A DNA stretch of 63,870 nucleotides, counting the filler, from Octopus bimaculoides (taxonomy: Eukaryota): the NCBI RefSeq assembly GCF_001194135.2. It is 4 parts of 4 records of this genome, joined end to end, with 100 filler letters (N's around TTAATTAATTAA, not from the genome) between each part and the next. Parts side by side here need not be neighbours in the genome. Positions count along the whole stretch, not along the records: positions 1 to 29,274 come from NC_068996.1; positions 29,375 to 38,841 come from NC_068986.1; positions 38,942 to 61,690 come from NC_068999.1; 1 more part is not named here. The stretch is one strand, 5' to 3'. Shown piece by piece: positions 27,301 to 39,717 of the stretch. The position numbers and the translations under genes are program-made. The notes beneath the pieces were generated by a model. The model worked only from the letters and a program-made list of their open reading frames with translations, did no database searches and had not been told where the DNA came from. Position 1 is the first letter of the stretch; the number at the start of each line of letters is the position of its first letter.

Positions 27301-29318
27301 ATCTATATACATATATATACACGCACACATATGTATGTACGTGAAATATAATGAAAGTTAGGAAGTATGAGATGACAATATGTATTTCAACAGTTGATAT
27401 TCATAAGATGACGATCGTTTCGCAGCCAACTAAAGGACTTTTTTTGTATGTACCACCGGATTAGATAAATCCATATACTGGGCATTAAATTCATATGTAA
27501 GTATGTTATATTACATTACAAATTTTTAAATGGATTGTAGTCAAGCTTCAGCATTGCCTTTAAATTTTTCTTTTTTTACAGATTTATCGATTCCAGTTAT
27601 CTGTCTGGTTCTCATGTAATCGAGTTATACTACATGGTGAATGTGATATACAGGCGGTGAATTGCAGAGTCGGAAGAAGTGGGATACAGTGCCAGTATTT
27701 GTTTCCTCCCACCTTCTCCCCCTTTCTCTCTCTGATCGGATTTCATATCCCTTCGAGGTCAACTTCACTTTTCATCCTTTCAGGGTCGATAAATAAAACA
27801 CCGACCCAGCGTAGCAGATTGGTGGAATTGCTAGAGCATCGAACGGTCTACATTGCGGTATCTGTGCTGGCTATTTCTGTTCTGTCTGTGACAACACTTG
27901 CAATTATAGAATTGGTGGCCATATGTATCGGCTTTGCTTTTCCATTGGTGGTGTGATGACACGAAACATTCCTATACTGACAGTTTTCGACAAGAACTTT
28001 GCCCAATTTCAAGACCTTCGCCTTGGAGAAGAAGTTTTCCGAGTGTAGATATTCAGATATTCAGACGACAAATGTCAATGGACGTCCATTTTACTCGGCC
28101 GATTAAAAATTATGCTGGTCGTATTGATTTACCTCCTTGCCAACATACATACCATACATTTTCACAAACGTACACACAAACACACGCACATGAACACATG
28201 AGCGTACTCTCACTTTATGATTCTTCAACTGACTCAAATCTTCTACTTTTTATTTACCGCACATCTTTCTTTGTTATATTTTAAACTCTTCTTAATCTCA
28301 TTTCATCACTGTACTTTACTACAGAACATAAACAGTAGTTATCAGAAGTACGAATGAAGCCATCGTAGGATCAACCATTATCTAGCAATGATACATAACA
28401 AAATGTGGATAGTGGTAACCCAAACCCTTAAGCTTTGTGCTTAACTATTAAAGTAAAGTGCACGCCTTTGTCTGGCAGATAGTTAAGTCATAGCTGCCAA
28501 ACTATTTAGGAAATGGAAAACTTTCATAAGAGAATCTCAATAGACACAAAACATGCACAAAATACGCAGACATAAATATGTATGCGTGTATATTCGTTTT
28601 CTCATGAGGCGTAGAAATACATGGTTCTGTGCAGTTTACCTATTTACAAGAAAAGTCTAAGAAGAAATTCCACTGATACAAATCTCCAGTCAAAATAATC
28701 AGCAGTCATCCTACTCGCTCTTGTTACTGAATGCGTAATTATAGATACTTAGAGAATGGTGTACATGCACAAGCGAATGTCGCTGTAACCCAATGATGTA
28801 CAGATATTTCATCACCTTAAGTTGTTAATTTTTGCTTGCTCCAAATGATAGAAATGACGACGTGTGCAGAATGCACACGTCACCAAATGGAAGCCCTTAT
28901 AAGCAAAATTAAAATTCAGAATCTATATTTCTGGTTGTAAGTACAGCATATTTAGAGAATACAATCCATTGTAGTACAAGAATATTTTGATCATTGTAAT
29001 CTTAAATACAAGCTCTCCACCCCTCCCAAAATCCAATACATTTCTGAATTCTGGAACTTTCAAAGTCGAAAAGCATTAATTTGGAACAACGTTTTCCAAA
29101 TCTATGTTAAAAGAGAAATGATTCTAAAAAACTTGAGGATGATACAGTGTGTGAAGAAGATAGAAATGCAGAGAATGGAGTAAACTAAGCAAGGTTTGTA
29201 GATATCAACAGCAAGTGAAAAAGAGTACGAAATAGAGACGAGAGGAAGGTTAAAATATGAGATAGAAATATATANNNNNNNNNNNNNNNNNNNNNNNNNN
29301 NNNNNNNNNNNNNNNNNN

Positions 29319-29330
29319 TTAATTAATTAA
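29319..29330. other. Assembly spacer TTAATTAATTAA inside an N gap (also 38886-38897 and 61735-61746)
   Basis: Identical 12-mer with stops in all six frames, always flanked by Ns; a scaffolding artefact. Confidence 0.9.
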
Positions 29331-29650
29331 NNNNNNNNNNNNNNNNNNNNNNNNNNNNNNNNNNNNNNNNNNNNTATATATATATATACATACATACATG
29401 CATACATACATACATACATGCATACATACATGCATACATATATACATACATACATACATACATACATGTGTGTGTGTGTATGTACATATGTTTGTTAGGG
29501 AATGGTGTGTGTATGTGTGTGTGCGGGTGTGTGTGTAGATAAAGGAGAAAGAGAAACTAAACTTATATAGGCACAGAAACAAATACATATATATATACAC
29601 AAACACACCCATATATATATATATATATGTATATGTATATATATATATAC

Positions 29651-29683
<33 letters not shown>

Positions 29684-30061
29684 CTCTTTTTACTCTTTTA
29701 CTTGTTTATGTCTTTTGACTGTGGCCAAGCTGGAGCACCGCCTTTTAGTCGAGCAAATTCTTTAGAAGCCTAGTACTTATTCTATCGATCTCTTTTGCCG
29801 AACCGCTAAGTTACGGGGACATAAACACACCAGCATCGGTTGTCAAGCGATGTTGGGGGGACAAACACACACATACATATATATATATACATATATACGA
29901 CGGGCTTCTTTCAGTTTCCGTCTACCAAATCTACTCACAAGGCTTTGGTCGGCCCGAGGCTATAGTAGAAGACACTTGCCCAAGATGTCGCGCAGTGGGA
30001 CTGAACCCGGGACCATGGGGTTGGTAAGCTAGCTACTTACCACACAGCCACTCCTACGCCT
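29684..30061 (-). mobile_element. SINE family A, full length, CpG-rich
   Basis: AGGCGTAGGAGTGGCTGTGTGG head, gggttcagtccc B-box, tail aagtaaaagagtaaaagagt. Confidence 0.9.
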
Positions 30062-30118
30062 ATAGCCACTCCTATATATATGCTTATTTATTGACGGACA
30101 GACAGACAGACAGATAGA

Positions 30119-30161
<43 letters not shown>

Positions 30162-30191
30162 GCAGGCAGGCAGACAGACAGACAGACAGAC

Positions 30192-30222
<31 letters not shown>

Positions 30223-30228
30223 TAGATG

Positions 30229-30279
<51 letters not shown>

Positions 30280-31025
30280 GTGTAACTACCTACTTATTCT
30301 TGGACTGATTCAGATTTGGTATGAAGCTGTATTAACCGAACAAATTATTGTGTTTGTATACTGAGTTTGTCCATGTCTGTGCCTATAAATGTCTCCGTTT
30401 GTGTGTACCTGAGGAGAGGAGATCTTTGTTTGCATGTAATTCTATTCATGTGTCTGTTTATCTGCTTTTCTTTTACTTCCATACATGTATCAACGCTTGT
30501 GCGTGTTTGCACGTTACAGAGAGAGGAAGAAGGGGAGAGAAGGAGAGAGAAGGAGAGAGATAGAGAGAGAGATATATATAGAGAGAGAGATATATATATA
30601 TATAGAGAGAGAGAGAATCTGTCAGTGTGGATGTGCTTTAGTGTTTGTTTATGTGTCTGTGTGCGTATATGCTTGTGTGTTGGTGTCAGTATGTGTGCTT
30701 TTCTACGTATATGCATGTGTGCGTGTCTGTACGCGTGCGAATGTGCGTATATGTGTACTTGTCTATCTATCTGTGTATTGTGTTTGTGTGCCCTAAAGTG
30801 TTTTAGGAAACGTCCGAAATGACTTGTGACTGGAGTCAAATTATATTATCCCTTTGTAGACTAATGCTGAGCCAACCTGTCAAGAATACTTGCAATTAGC
30901 CATGTACTTAAGCTTGTTTAGAACAAGAAGGCTTTCAGACCGACGGTTTTAGCCTTCAAACACGATACAGACTACACTAGCAAACATTCTCACTTTGCTG
31001 TGGGTCTAAGTGTTTCATAAACACA

Positions 31026-31070
<45 letters not shown>

Positions 31071-31318
31071 ATACACACATGCATGCTTGCACACACACCT
31101 ACATGCATAGATACCCACACGTATACACACATCCGCGCGCACAAACAAACAAACACCTGACTGTCGAGTAGTGGATTAGGTCGATTGACTAAGTGTTTAT
31201 ACTGATCTCACTAAGTCACTTGTGTAAATATACATATAGATACATGCATACATTTATGTGTGTGTGCGCATACAAACACAAACACACACGCACACACATA
31301 GGCATATACACACACTCG

Positions 31319-31404
<86 letters not shown>

Positions 31405-31989
31405 TCTGTATGCGCATGTGTGATTGTTATTGTCTGCGTTTGTAAATCAAAGCAGTAACATTAAAGTACAAAGGTGATAAAGCAATTATTTGTGATAATG
31501 TTTCTATCGTAGACACAAGGTGAGAAGTTTTATGGAGAAGACACCTAAGGAGAAATTTGAACTCAGGAAAGAAAAGAGCTGAGACAGATATTGCAAGGGA
31601 TCTTGTCGGATGCTCTGAGAGTACCTGGAACGGTGCTTCCAGGTATAGACGTCCAAGGGCGCAGCATGTTTGTGTGCTTAAGAAACACGCTTTGCGACCG
31701 CATGGTTTAGAGTTCAGTCCCACTGCGCGACACTTTGGGCTTCTACTATACAGTCTTCTGTAATAGCTCCGGGCCGACCAATACTTTGTGAGTGAATTTG
31801 GTGGGCGGAAACTGTGTGAAACCCCGTTGTATATGAGTGTGGTGTATGTGCGTGTTTATGTGTGTGTCCTTATGTCTATGTTTGTATCTACCCCGAACTG
31901 GATGACAACTGGTATTGGTTTGTTTACGTTCCCATAACTTAGCCGTTCGGCAAAAGGAGCCAACATAAGAAAAACATAAGTACTAGGTT

Positions 31990-32028
<39 letters not shown>

Positions 32029-32639
32029 AAAAAGTAAGAAAAAGAAAGACAGGAAGGAAGAAAGATAAGGAAGAAAGAAAAGGTAAAACGAAAGAAAGAA
32101 AGAAAGAAAGAAAGAAATAAAGAAAGACAGGAAAAGAAAGACGGGAAGAGGAAGAGAGAGAGGGGGGGAAAGGTAAAGAGAAGAGAGAAAGAGAGTGATT
32201 GTCTTTGCCATTGACTTGAGGAGAAGCGAATTCAATATCTTTTTTTATTATTTTAGATCACAGCCAAAAATCTACGGCATATCAGTGTTTTCTTGAACTA
32301 TTCTCTGATTTCTCTCAATTGGTTTTATTATCTCAGACGAAATAACAATTCTTTACTTAGAAATTGGAAAACTATGTTGAATGATTCACAAAATGAATGT
32401 GACTTTCCTTAGATTTTCAAACAAAACTCAAATTAGGAAAACATTATAACCGAACTAAGAATTCCTATTGTTTTTTTTCTTTGTTTTTTTTTTTTTTTTN
32501 NNNNNNNNNTTTTTTTTTTTTGTTTCTATATTTTTTTATCTTTTTTTTTTCATATTCATCTACTCTTTTTTCCACTATTTCTTTTTCATCAGCTTCATCT
32601 TATTTTATCCGTCTTCATTTTTGTATTTGTCTTCATCTT

Positions 32640-33370
32640 CAACTTCTTGCAGATCTTCGGGGGCAACTTTTTGGTTTTGCTATTTTCCTCCTCATTATCT
32701 TTTTCTTCTTCGTCTTCTCCTCTTCCTCCTCTTCCTTCTCCTCCTTCTTTCTTACTCTTCTTCTTGTTCTCCTCCTCTTCCTCCTCCTTCTTCTTTTGTA
32801 CTCTTTCTTCTTCTCCTCTTCCTTCTCTTCCTCCTCCTCCTTCTTCTTTTGTACTCTTTTCTTCTTCTCCTCTTCTTCGCCCTCCTTCTTTTGTACTCTT
32901 TTATTCTTCTTCTCATCTTCCTCCACCTTCTTCTTCTTTTGTACTCTTTCTTCTTCTCCTCTTCCTCCTCCGCCTTCTTCTTTTGTACTCTTTTCTTCTT
33001 CTCCTTTTTTCGTCCTTCTTCTTTTGTACTCTTTTCTTCTTCTCCTCTTCCTCCTCTTCCTCCTCCTCTTCCTTCTTCTTTTGTACTCTTTTCTTCTTCT
33101 TCTCCTCTTCTTCCTCCTCCTTCATCTTTTGTACTCTTTTCTTCTTCTTCTTCTCCTCTCCCTCTCCTCCTCCCTCTTCTCGCTCATCAATATCACCATC
33201 TTTTTTCTTACTCCTATTCTTCATTTTCTCTTCTTTTTCTTCCACCGACTCTCCTATATCTTCGCTGTCTTCTTTTCATTTTTCGTCTGCTTCTTCCGTC
33301 TCTATCTTCTCCCTCTTTCTTCTCTTTTTCTTATAATTCTAAAGATTCTTCTTCTCTTTTTTCAACCCAT
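32640..33370. repeat. Polypyrimidine low-complexity tract with recurring ttttgtactctt motif
   Basis: (CTT/CCT)n background with about 8 copies of the motif. Confidence 0.9.
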
Positions 33371-34954
33371 TTCGCGTCTTTTTTTCTTCACATTTTTTTT
33401 TCAGCAATTGACGTTTAGCCACTACTGTTAAATAATGATGATAAAAGAGCTTTTTGAAGATTTTCTGCGATGCTTTCTGGACATATTTTTCTTTTGTTTT
33501 CGCTTTCATTTTAGATTTCGATAATTTTTCCGATGGTAGGGTGGGGGTGGGGTGGAAATGGTAATTTTTCTCATAGTTTACTTCATAATCCTTTGAAACT
33601 AGGAATACCAAAAGATCACGTATCAGATGCGAATAATGTAGTTATCCGTGAGTTTAAATATACATANNNNNNNNNNNNNNNNNNNNNNNNNNNNNNNNNN
33701 NNNNNNNNNNNNNNNNNNNNNNNNNNNNNNNNNNNNNNNNNNNNNNNNNNNNNNNNNNNNNNNNNNNNNNNNNNNNNNNNNNNNNNNNNNNNNNNNNNNN
33801 NNNNNNNNNNNNNNNNNNNNNNNNNNNNNNNNNNNNNNNNNNNNNNNNNNNNNNNNNNNNNNNNNNNNNNNTATATTATATTATATATTATATATCATAT
33901 ATCATATGTGTACATATACATATACATATATGTATTTACATATACATATATACATAGATACATGCATGAGCATATACACCATCATACCTTTGTGTGTTTA
34001 TACACATATATATATGGGTAGGTAGGTTAGTATGTGTGTGTATCTTATAAGTGTGTTAGGTTTTCGAATATAACATATTTCATCTCTGCTTGGCTTGAGT
34101 TGACAATGTGAATGTGTGTATAGATGCTGTGTCAATATGTGTGCGTATATGCGTATGTGTTCGTGCAACTATGTTCCATTTTTAATATTATTATTTAGCT
34201 TAAAGCGGCGAGCTGGCAGAATTGTTAGCACGCCGGGCAAAATGCTTCGCAGTATTTCATCCGACTTTACGTTCTGAGTTCAAACGCCACCAGAGTCGAC
34301 TTTGCCTTTCATCCTTTCAGGGTCTATAAATTAAGTACCAGTCAAGTACCTGGGTCGATGTGATCGATTATCTCCTTCCCCACAAATTCCAGGTCCTGTG
34401 CCTATAGTAGAAAGAATTATTTAGGTTAAGGCTGCAAGCTGGCTTAATCGTTAGCACGCTGAGCATAATGCTTAGGGGCATCTCGTCCGTCTTTACGTTC
34501 TGGATTCAAATGCCACCAGGGTCGACTTTGCTTTCGTCCTTTCGGGGTTGATAAAATAAGTACCAGTTGAGCACTGGGATCAATGTAATCGACTTAGCCC
34601 TACCCCAGAAATTGCTGGCTTTGTGTTAAAATTTGAAACCAATACTATTATTTGGGTTGCAAGGCGGTGGGAAGTGAAGAGAGAATAGAAAAAGGTGCGA
34701 GATAAAGTCGACAGAAAACGGGGGCAAGCTGAGTCGATAAATACCGGTCAACGAACCAAGCAGTCGATGGTTCGTATCGGGTCAAAGGTTCTTTTGCAAG
34801 TATCTATAGGTATGTCACTTTACTCTTGAATGCGATCATGGTTGGAACGCTTTGCAACATATGTTTACTTAAAAGGTATGACTGGAGATAAACAACAATA
34901 AGAAAAGCCCAGAATTTTGTCATCACTTCACACCATCACAGCCACAACAACTAA

Positions 34955-35165
34955 CAGTGGGAGCCTCTACGTGGTTGTTCGAACTTCTAGAAACAGCAGC
35001 TAAATCTCTTTTAAATTACACCCTAGCGTCTTAGAATACGAGATGTTAGATTATGTGGTCCTGGATTAACAGCATATGGAAAAAAAGTCAGGATGGTCAC
35101 GGCTTAAATGTTTTCGATTACAAGTCTACTCGATCAGGGTTAACCTTGGGCTAAGCAACAATAAT
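34955..35165 (+). mobile_element. Retroposon 3' fragment with (CAA/TAA) tail, family E
   Basis: Similar segment recurs at about 45425-45550; tail gggctaagcaacaataataat. Confidence 0.45.
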
Positions 35166-35796
35166 AATCACTATTGCTACTGCCTCCATCCTCATCAACA
35201 TCGTCAACAACAACGCCAACCTTCTACGACACCCAGCAACACATTAACATTTGCCGCCGAAACCCTTGATTCTTGCCATTTAACCAATCACCACTTACCG
35301 ATCACCAATCACGATTCACCACTCAGCATTCGCCATCAACCATTATCACCACTACCACCACAGATTAACACTCAAATAAACCAACTCTATCGACCACCAC
35401 TACCACCACCTCACTCGTATGCCACACTGCCACCGTGTTCAACCACCCTCCAGCCCATTGCCCTATAATTGGATTGATGTCACGAGAAACACGCTGTCGC
35501 TGTCGCCTGGTTGTTTGGGTTGTAGCTAGCATAGCTGGAAGGCGTTTTGACGAGATTAGCTTTCCCCTGTTAATCTATAGTTTTGTTTTAATCGCTAATG
35601 ACTGAGTGCTAATAGCATTGATCGGAGGCGCGTGAATGTTAGAAGGTGGGGCAATCATATGGCTTTTCCGACCGAGTTTCACACATCGTTATCAATACAT
35701 AACAAATTAACCTCTTGCTATGCTAGATCGGCTGGATTGACGACAGACCTTTATAACCTTTTAAGCCAAACAAGACCTCCTCTTTATATCACCTAA

Positions 35797-35828
<32 letters not shown>

Positions 35829-36158
35829 ATCTGTCTATCTATCAATCTAACTAACTAAATATCTATTTATCTATCTATGTCTCTATCTACCTATCAATCT
35901 ATCTGTACCTTTATCTCTTTCCCTCTCTCTTCCCCACTCTTTACTCTCTCTCTCTCTCTCTCTCTCTGCATGTGTGTACGTGCGTGTGTGTACACGTGTG
36001 TATGTGTGTGTGTATGTATCCGTATGAGTGTGTGTGGTGTGTTAAAGATAATCCTCCATTTTTTCTTGATTTCCTTAATGTGACTATACGTGCGTGTGTA
36101 TGTGAGTGCGTGTGTAAGTGTATGTGTGCGTATGTGAGTGTGTGTGTGCTTGTGTGTG

Positions 36159-36229
<71 letters not shown>

Positions 36230-36400
36230 GCACGTGCCTGTGATGTAAGACGATTGCTTCCCAACCACATGGTTCCGGGTTCAGTCCCACTGTGTGGCAC
36301 TTTGGGCAGGTGTCTTCCATGATAGCCTTGCGATTGGGTTTGATAGACGGAAACTGAAAGAATCCTGTTGTATATATCTGTGTGTGTATGTATGTGCGTG

Positions 36401-36436
<36 letters not shown>

Positions 36437-38511
36437 NNNNNNNNNNNNNNNNNNNNNNNNNNNNNNNNNNNNNNNNNNNNNNNNNNNNNNNNNNNNNNNN
36501 NNNNNNNNNNNNNNNNNNNNNNNNNNNNNNNNNNNNNNNNNNNNNNNNNNNNNNNNNNNNNNNNNNNNNNNNNNNNNNNNNNNNNNNNNNNNNNNNNNNN
36601 NNNNNNNNNNNNNNNNNNNNNNNNNNNNNNNNNNNNNNNNNNNNNNNNNNNNNNNNNNNNNNNNNNNNNNNNNNNNNNNNNNNNNNNNNNNNNNNNNNNN
36701 NNNNNNNNNNNNNNNNNNNNNNNNNNNNNNNNNNNNNNNNNNNNNNNNNNNNNNNNNNNNNNNNNNNNNNNNNNNNNNNNNNNNNNNNNNNNNNNNNNNN
36801 NNNNNNNNNNNNNNNNNNNNNNNNNNNNNNNNNNNNNNNNNNNNNNNNNNNNNNNNNNNNNNNNNNNNNNNNNNNNNNNNNNNNNNNNNNNNNNNNNNNN
36901 NNNNNNNNNNNNNNNNNNNNNNNNNNNNNNNNNNNNNNNNNNNNNNNNNNNNNNNNNNNNNNNNNNNNNNNNNNNACATATATACGACGGGCTTCTTTCA
37001 GTTTCCGTCTACCAAATCCACTCGCAAGGCTTTGGTCAGCCCGAGGCTATAGTAGAAGACACATGCCCAAGGTGCCACGCAGTGGGACTGAACCCGGAAC
37101 TATGTGGTTGGTAAGCAAGCTACTTACCACACAGCCACTCCTAGTTTACATAAAATAGAGTGCCCAACATATGGGTTGCGTGAAACATATATATAATGAT
37201 ATACACCCTTAAAGATAGTCTGTTGCTTCTTTCATGTTTCCTGCCTGCTCATAAATTAAAGACCCCTTTTTTTTATAAAGAAAACTGCCGTCAAGAAAAA
37301 TTTGCAGAACATTCTGGTTTTGTATGCTGGTTTCAAAAGGTTATAAGCGGCATAATTCATGACATATAGATATTAATATTTTTAACTTATTTTGACAGAG
37401 TAGCTAAAAATATAGAGAGTAAAGATTCATATAATTAGAAAATGTGTATGTATATAAGGACAAAGTTAAAATATATTTAAAATACTCTTTAATATGAAAT
37501 ATAAGAAATTAGGGTAGGAAAATAATTAAAGTAGTATAGGAATATACATGACAATAAAGAAAGTCGCAAATGATGTAGTGAGTTCTGAAATGTTATATAG
37601 AAGGAGGATACACAAGAATGTAGTGATCTGTATTGTTCTGTAGAAAGATAACTCGTTGAAAATTTTAGAGAATGTGATATCAGAGGTTATAAAGCAAGGA
37701 GTGTGTCGATTTATTTAATCAGATGCTGGCACGTACATTCAGTGTTTTAGAAGGGACGCATCGAAGTGACGGCATTTAGTAAAGATTTCTGATCTAGCAT
37801 TTAAATAAGTTACAGATTTGTTAACGTTTTGTTTTTTGTTTTTTTGTTTTGTTTTTTTCGTATGAGGATAGTGTAAGCTACAAATAATCCATTTCTAGAT
37901 TAGGATCTTTAACTTGATATTGAATTTAATAGCATATACTTTCAGAGGAAATATTGTTACATTCCTGTTTTCTGTATATAAAGAAAGAAATATGATTGAT
38001 ATAATATTGTTTAAATTCCACTATACCTACACAGCGTTTATGCAGTATATTAAGTTTCAACTTGAGGGAGGTGATTGCTGTTTCAGTATTCACTATTCCG
38101 ATTCACCATTACCAGAGTGATTAAGTGGGAGGCGATGTATTTATGATTCTACATGAGTTGTTAGTCTCAGTTTATGTAATTGGTTTTCATGTTAGCCTTG
38201 GTTGGGATTCGTAATACTACAACCTAAAGAATGTTTATCTGTGTACGTATTGATATGCGTGTGAGTGTGTGGTCACGCGCGCGCATATGTGTGCGTGTGT
38301 GTATGTGTGTGTGTGAGTGCGTACGTATGTGTTTTTATGTAAAAGAAATTACACCAATACTTTGTTATCAATAAGTGCTGAAATCGTTATAATCTCTTGC
38401 TTGACCTCTATATCATTGTATATGAATATATATAAGAATTATTGTTTAGGGAGAAATTTTTCAATATGCTTCCATTTTGTGCATGTGCGCTCGCTAGATT
38501 TTATATCTCTA

Positions 38512-38982
38512 CTAGCAGTATAACCCGACCTTGTCCGGGTGTGACTTATTACGCCTTCTACGATAAGTCTTGCTAGGTGAAAATCAACTAAAAAAGAAAG
38601 CCTTACAACGGAAAAACCCTTATGATGTAAATATGTTCATAATTCAAAAGACGATGAAATTAATAGGGAAAGTCTGAAGGCGTAACATTATTAAGCGTAC
38701 GTAAATTTCATCCGTCTAATTGGCTGTAGAAATGCTTGTGCAAAACAACTTTTTACGCTGCCCTGATATAGCAGGGTAATCCCTTTTAATAGGAGGTAGG
38801 ATGGCAATTTCTGATGAAGCAATTGCTGGCGATCTGTTGCTNNNNNNNNNNNNNNNNNNNNNNNNNNNNNNNNNNNNNNNNNNNNTTAATTAATTAANNN
38901 NNNNNNNNNNNNNNNNNNNNNNNNNNNNNNNNNNNNNNNNNACAGACAGACAGACACACATTCTCATTTTTATATATATAGA
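38512..38982 (-). mobile_element. Non-autonomous Helitron spanning an assembly gap
   Basis: On the minus strand: A/TC 5' end (plus ..tatatataGAt), hairpin ACCCGAC..GTCCGGGT about 8 nt from a CTAG 3' end, followed by T; acagacagac run near the 5' end. That both ends belong to one element across the gap is inferred. Confidence 0.7.
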
Positions 38983-39022
38983 TTATATTTATCTATATGC
39001 ATATTTCCTCATTATCCTAAAG

Positions 39023-39120
39023 TACATTCTTCTATGTGGCATAGATTGAATGAGATTGCAGTTCAATATATTCTTGCTCCTCTTAACAGCTGCCATGGGT
39101 TGCATGAATGTGTCAAACAA
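39023..39120 (+). CDS. Candidate upstream exon of the ZNF451-like gene
   Basis: Open frame HSSMWHRLNEIAVQYILAPLNSCHGLHECVKQ ends CAA/gtaaaa in phase 0, compatible with the next exon; acceptor ambiguous (39022 or 39089); no clear motif match. Confidence 0.35.
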
Positions 39121-39542
39121 GTAAAAAACAAAAAAAAAATATGTTAAGGGTAATTTTTGTATTTATTTTCAATTTTAAATAAGTGCAAAAAATTATAATA
39201 ATTGTTTGTCTCTTGCGCAATAAAATTTACAATCTCATTATGGAAAAGTGCCTTAAAATATTCACTTTCCTTTGATGATGGCTGTAAAATTTTTGAAACA
39301 TCAATTGACGATGTCTGCCGTTTAAGAGTTAATTCAGTGTCATGTCATCTATGTGGTTATTATACTTAGATTCACCATCAGTATTTCTTTTATCTTTTTT
39401 AATCTCCTTTACACAGCACTTTGTTACCCAGTAGGTGTCATTCATTCATATATACATACTAGTTTAGACTCTTCTATAGAAACATTTCATTTATTAAATC
39501 TGTTGGATTTTAAAATTTTATTTTCTGTTTCTTGGATTTCAG

Positions 39543-39717
39543 TTTGAGCAAGCATGTTCAGAGCACCAAAGGTCTAGTAACCATAATGCCTTTATTAAAC
39601 CAGTTCCCATATCCAGTTACATATGCCAAACATGCTTACTGATATTTTCATCCAGAATTAATTGCTTGATGCACATGAGCACAACTAAACATCACTTATC
39701 TGCCTTCAGTTTCCAAA
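39543..39717 (+). CDS. ZNF451: ZNF451-like exon: C2H2 finger
   Basis: Acceptor tttcag/TTT, donor A/gtaagt (phase 0 to 1); translates FEQACSEHQRSSNHNAFIKPVPISSYICQTCLLIFSSRINCLMHMSTTKHHLSAFSFQ (C-x2-C-x12-H). Confidence 0.85.

Noticed and set aside
29319-29330. Recurring TTAATTAATTAA as a biological motif
   Set aside because: Always embedded in N runs; an assembly spacer.
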